A stretch of 64,000 bases of DNA from Takakia lepidozioides (Eukaryota > Plantae > Bryophyta): NCBI GenBank assembly GCA_030704615.1, contig CM060733.1:24428001-24492000 (forward strand), in the 5' to 3' direction. Shown in pieces: positions 63,501 through 64,000 of the stretch. Numbering within the stretch: the stretch's first letter is position 1; each line of letters opens with the position of its first letter. The notes beneath the pieces were generated by a model. That model was not told the origin of the DNA, searched no databases, and saw only the letters and a program-made list of their open reading frames with translations. Made by a program: the position numbers and the translations under genes.

Positions 63501-63982
63501 AAGGCAATCGTGTCTTTGAGCTTCCTGAATTTCCTTTCTTTCTTTCTCTTCTTTATGCTCTTTTGCGAGGGAAGGGGTAAGACCTTGATCAAATGTAATC
63601 AGAAAATCTCATTGAAAAAAACTTGAGCAAACATTAGAGACTGTGTGTGTCTCTTTCTCTCTGTGGACATTTAAAAGTTCTTCTCTTTGGCCTCCCACAA
63701 CAGGAACAATCTCTCTCTCGGTCTCTCTGATAAACATCCTTTCTGTGTCTAAGAAGCAAACAATCTCTAATATCGATACATGGTGCTAGTCATCCAAGAG
63801 TACCTGGAGGATGTATAACTTACCAGGGTTGGCAAGGACTAAAATCAAGTCTAGTTTAGGGTTGCGCGCCGCAATAGACAGGGCCAAAGCTCCACCAAAG
63901 GAATCACCCATTAAATATATAGGGCTAGATGGCCGGCGCTCCCTCTCTGCTAACACCGTTTCTTCCACCAGTCTTAACAGGC
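54534..63982 (-). CDS. Phytyl ester synthase / esterase-lipase-thioesterase acyltransferase (PES1/PES2-like); 5' exons lie outside the window
   Basis: 13 phase-compatible GT-AG exons: 63982-63824, 63319-63215, 63022-62916, 62626-62505, 62214-62106, 59655-59522, 59128-58894, 58396-58262, 57822-57709, 55685-55606, 55304-55195, 55101-55010, 54626-54534. Motifs GDSFG, GKDQMLPS, GHTLLL, GNHMFLG, RGLAHP, LLYPGGAREALHRKGE, APTFKP*. Confidence 0.92.
55931..56830 (-). mobile_element. 5'-truncated LINE (RT end plus CCHC finger), intronic
   Basis: HTYLGVEF..W..HI; GTRLKSKLRAGSLPL..CPSCGQPEDNIHFLIHCPGY; family 3' end at 55931. Confidence 0.8.
56844..57282 (-). mobile_element. 5'-truncated LINE copy with a 13-bp TSD
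   Basis: TSD ATTTGATATGAGA at 56831-56843 and 57283-57295; CCHC region and family 3' end. Confidence 0.85.
57313..57377 (-). mobile_element. About 65-bp LINE 3'-end insertion
   Basis: Family 3' end flanked by ACAGAGAGAA at 57303-57312 and 57378-57387. Confidence 0.75.
57388..57450 (-). repeat. Second retroelement-like 3' end with a (CATTT)n tail (also at about 49857-49910 and 60161-60205)
   Basis: GAAATGAAATGGTRCTTTATAAYGTCCKCGGAAAGCTCAWAGAG is found three times. Confidence 0.6.
57625..57665 (-). mobile_element. 41-bp LINE 3'-end insertion with a 15-bp TSD
   Basis: TTGTAATATAAAAGA at 57610-57624 and 57666-57680. Confidence 0.85.
59418..59459 (-). mobile_element. About 42-bp LINE 3'-end insertion
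   Basis: Family 3' end flanked by ACAGAGAGA at 59409-59417 and 59460-59468. Confidence 0.75.
60320..60555 (-). mobile_element. Older diverged LINE 3'-end copy
   Basis: GAATGTAATGATAAGACGTTGCTTGCCATAGCCTTGTGG..CCCAGTTT and TTTCCAGAT..CTCTAGAAA.CCCTTCACACA similarity to the other copies. Confidence 0.7.
60581..62082 (-). mobile_element. 1.5-kb 5'-truncated LINE copy with a 15-bp TSD
   Basis: TSD GGAAGAGAGATAGAA at 60566-60580 and 62083-62097; IRPALEYGSAIW, NVAVRGEFG and CPLCGQPEDNIHFLIHC. About 61320-61800 looks like unrelated inserted sequence. Confidence 0.85.
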
Positions 63983-64000
63983 CTGACAATAATTGTCAAA

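Overview
Eukaryotic nuclear DNA from a land plant. It is probably a non-seed plant such as a bryophyte, an inference from the gene families and repeats. Intact-looking genes: an SGNH/GDSL esterase (13764-16391, +), an atypical single-exon Dof-like gene (5291-6433, -), a 4-exon PQQ-type beta-propeller gene (36247-38582, -) and the 3' 13 exons of a phytyl-ester-synthase-like acyltransferase (54534-63982, -). Damaged or duplicate genes: an inverted GDSL copy with a lost splice donor, two PPR relics (one DYW-class), an NB-ARC-LRR-TPR gene split by a tandem-repeat insertion, a frameshifted PRP22/DEAH helicase and a partial PES duplicate. Mobile DNA: an ~11 kb Mutator-like element with a SWIM transposase and a convergent Ulp1-protease cargo gene, a foldback-like element with inverted palindrome arrays, a Copia fragment, a hAT-type MITE, and several LINE pieces. 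The two most interesting signals are (1) the Mutator element, saturated with a CAGACTG/CAGTCYG motif and architecturally reminiscent of VANDAL anti-silencing elements, and (2) seven same-orientation copies of one LINE 3' end in the PES introns, five with readable TSDs. All calls come from reading the sequence; no database searches were run.
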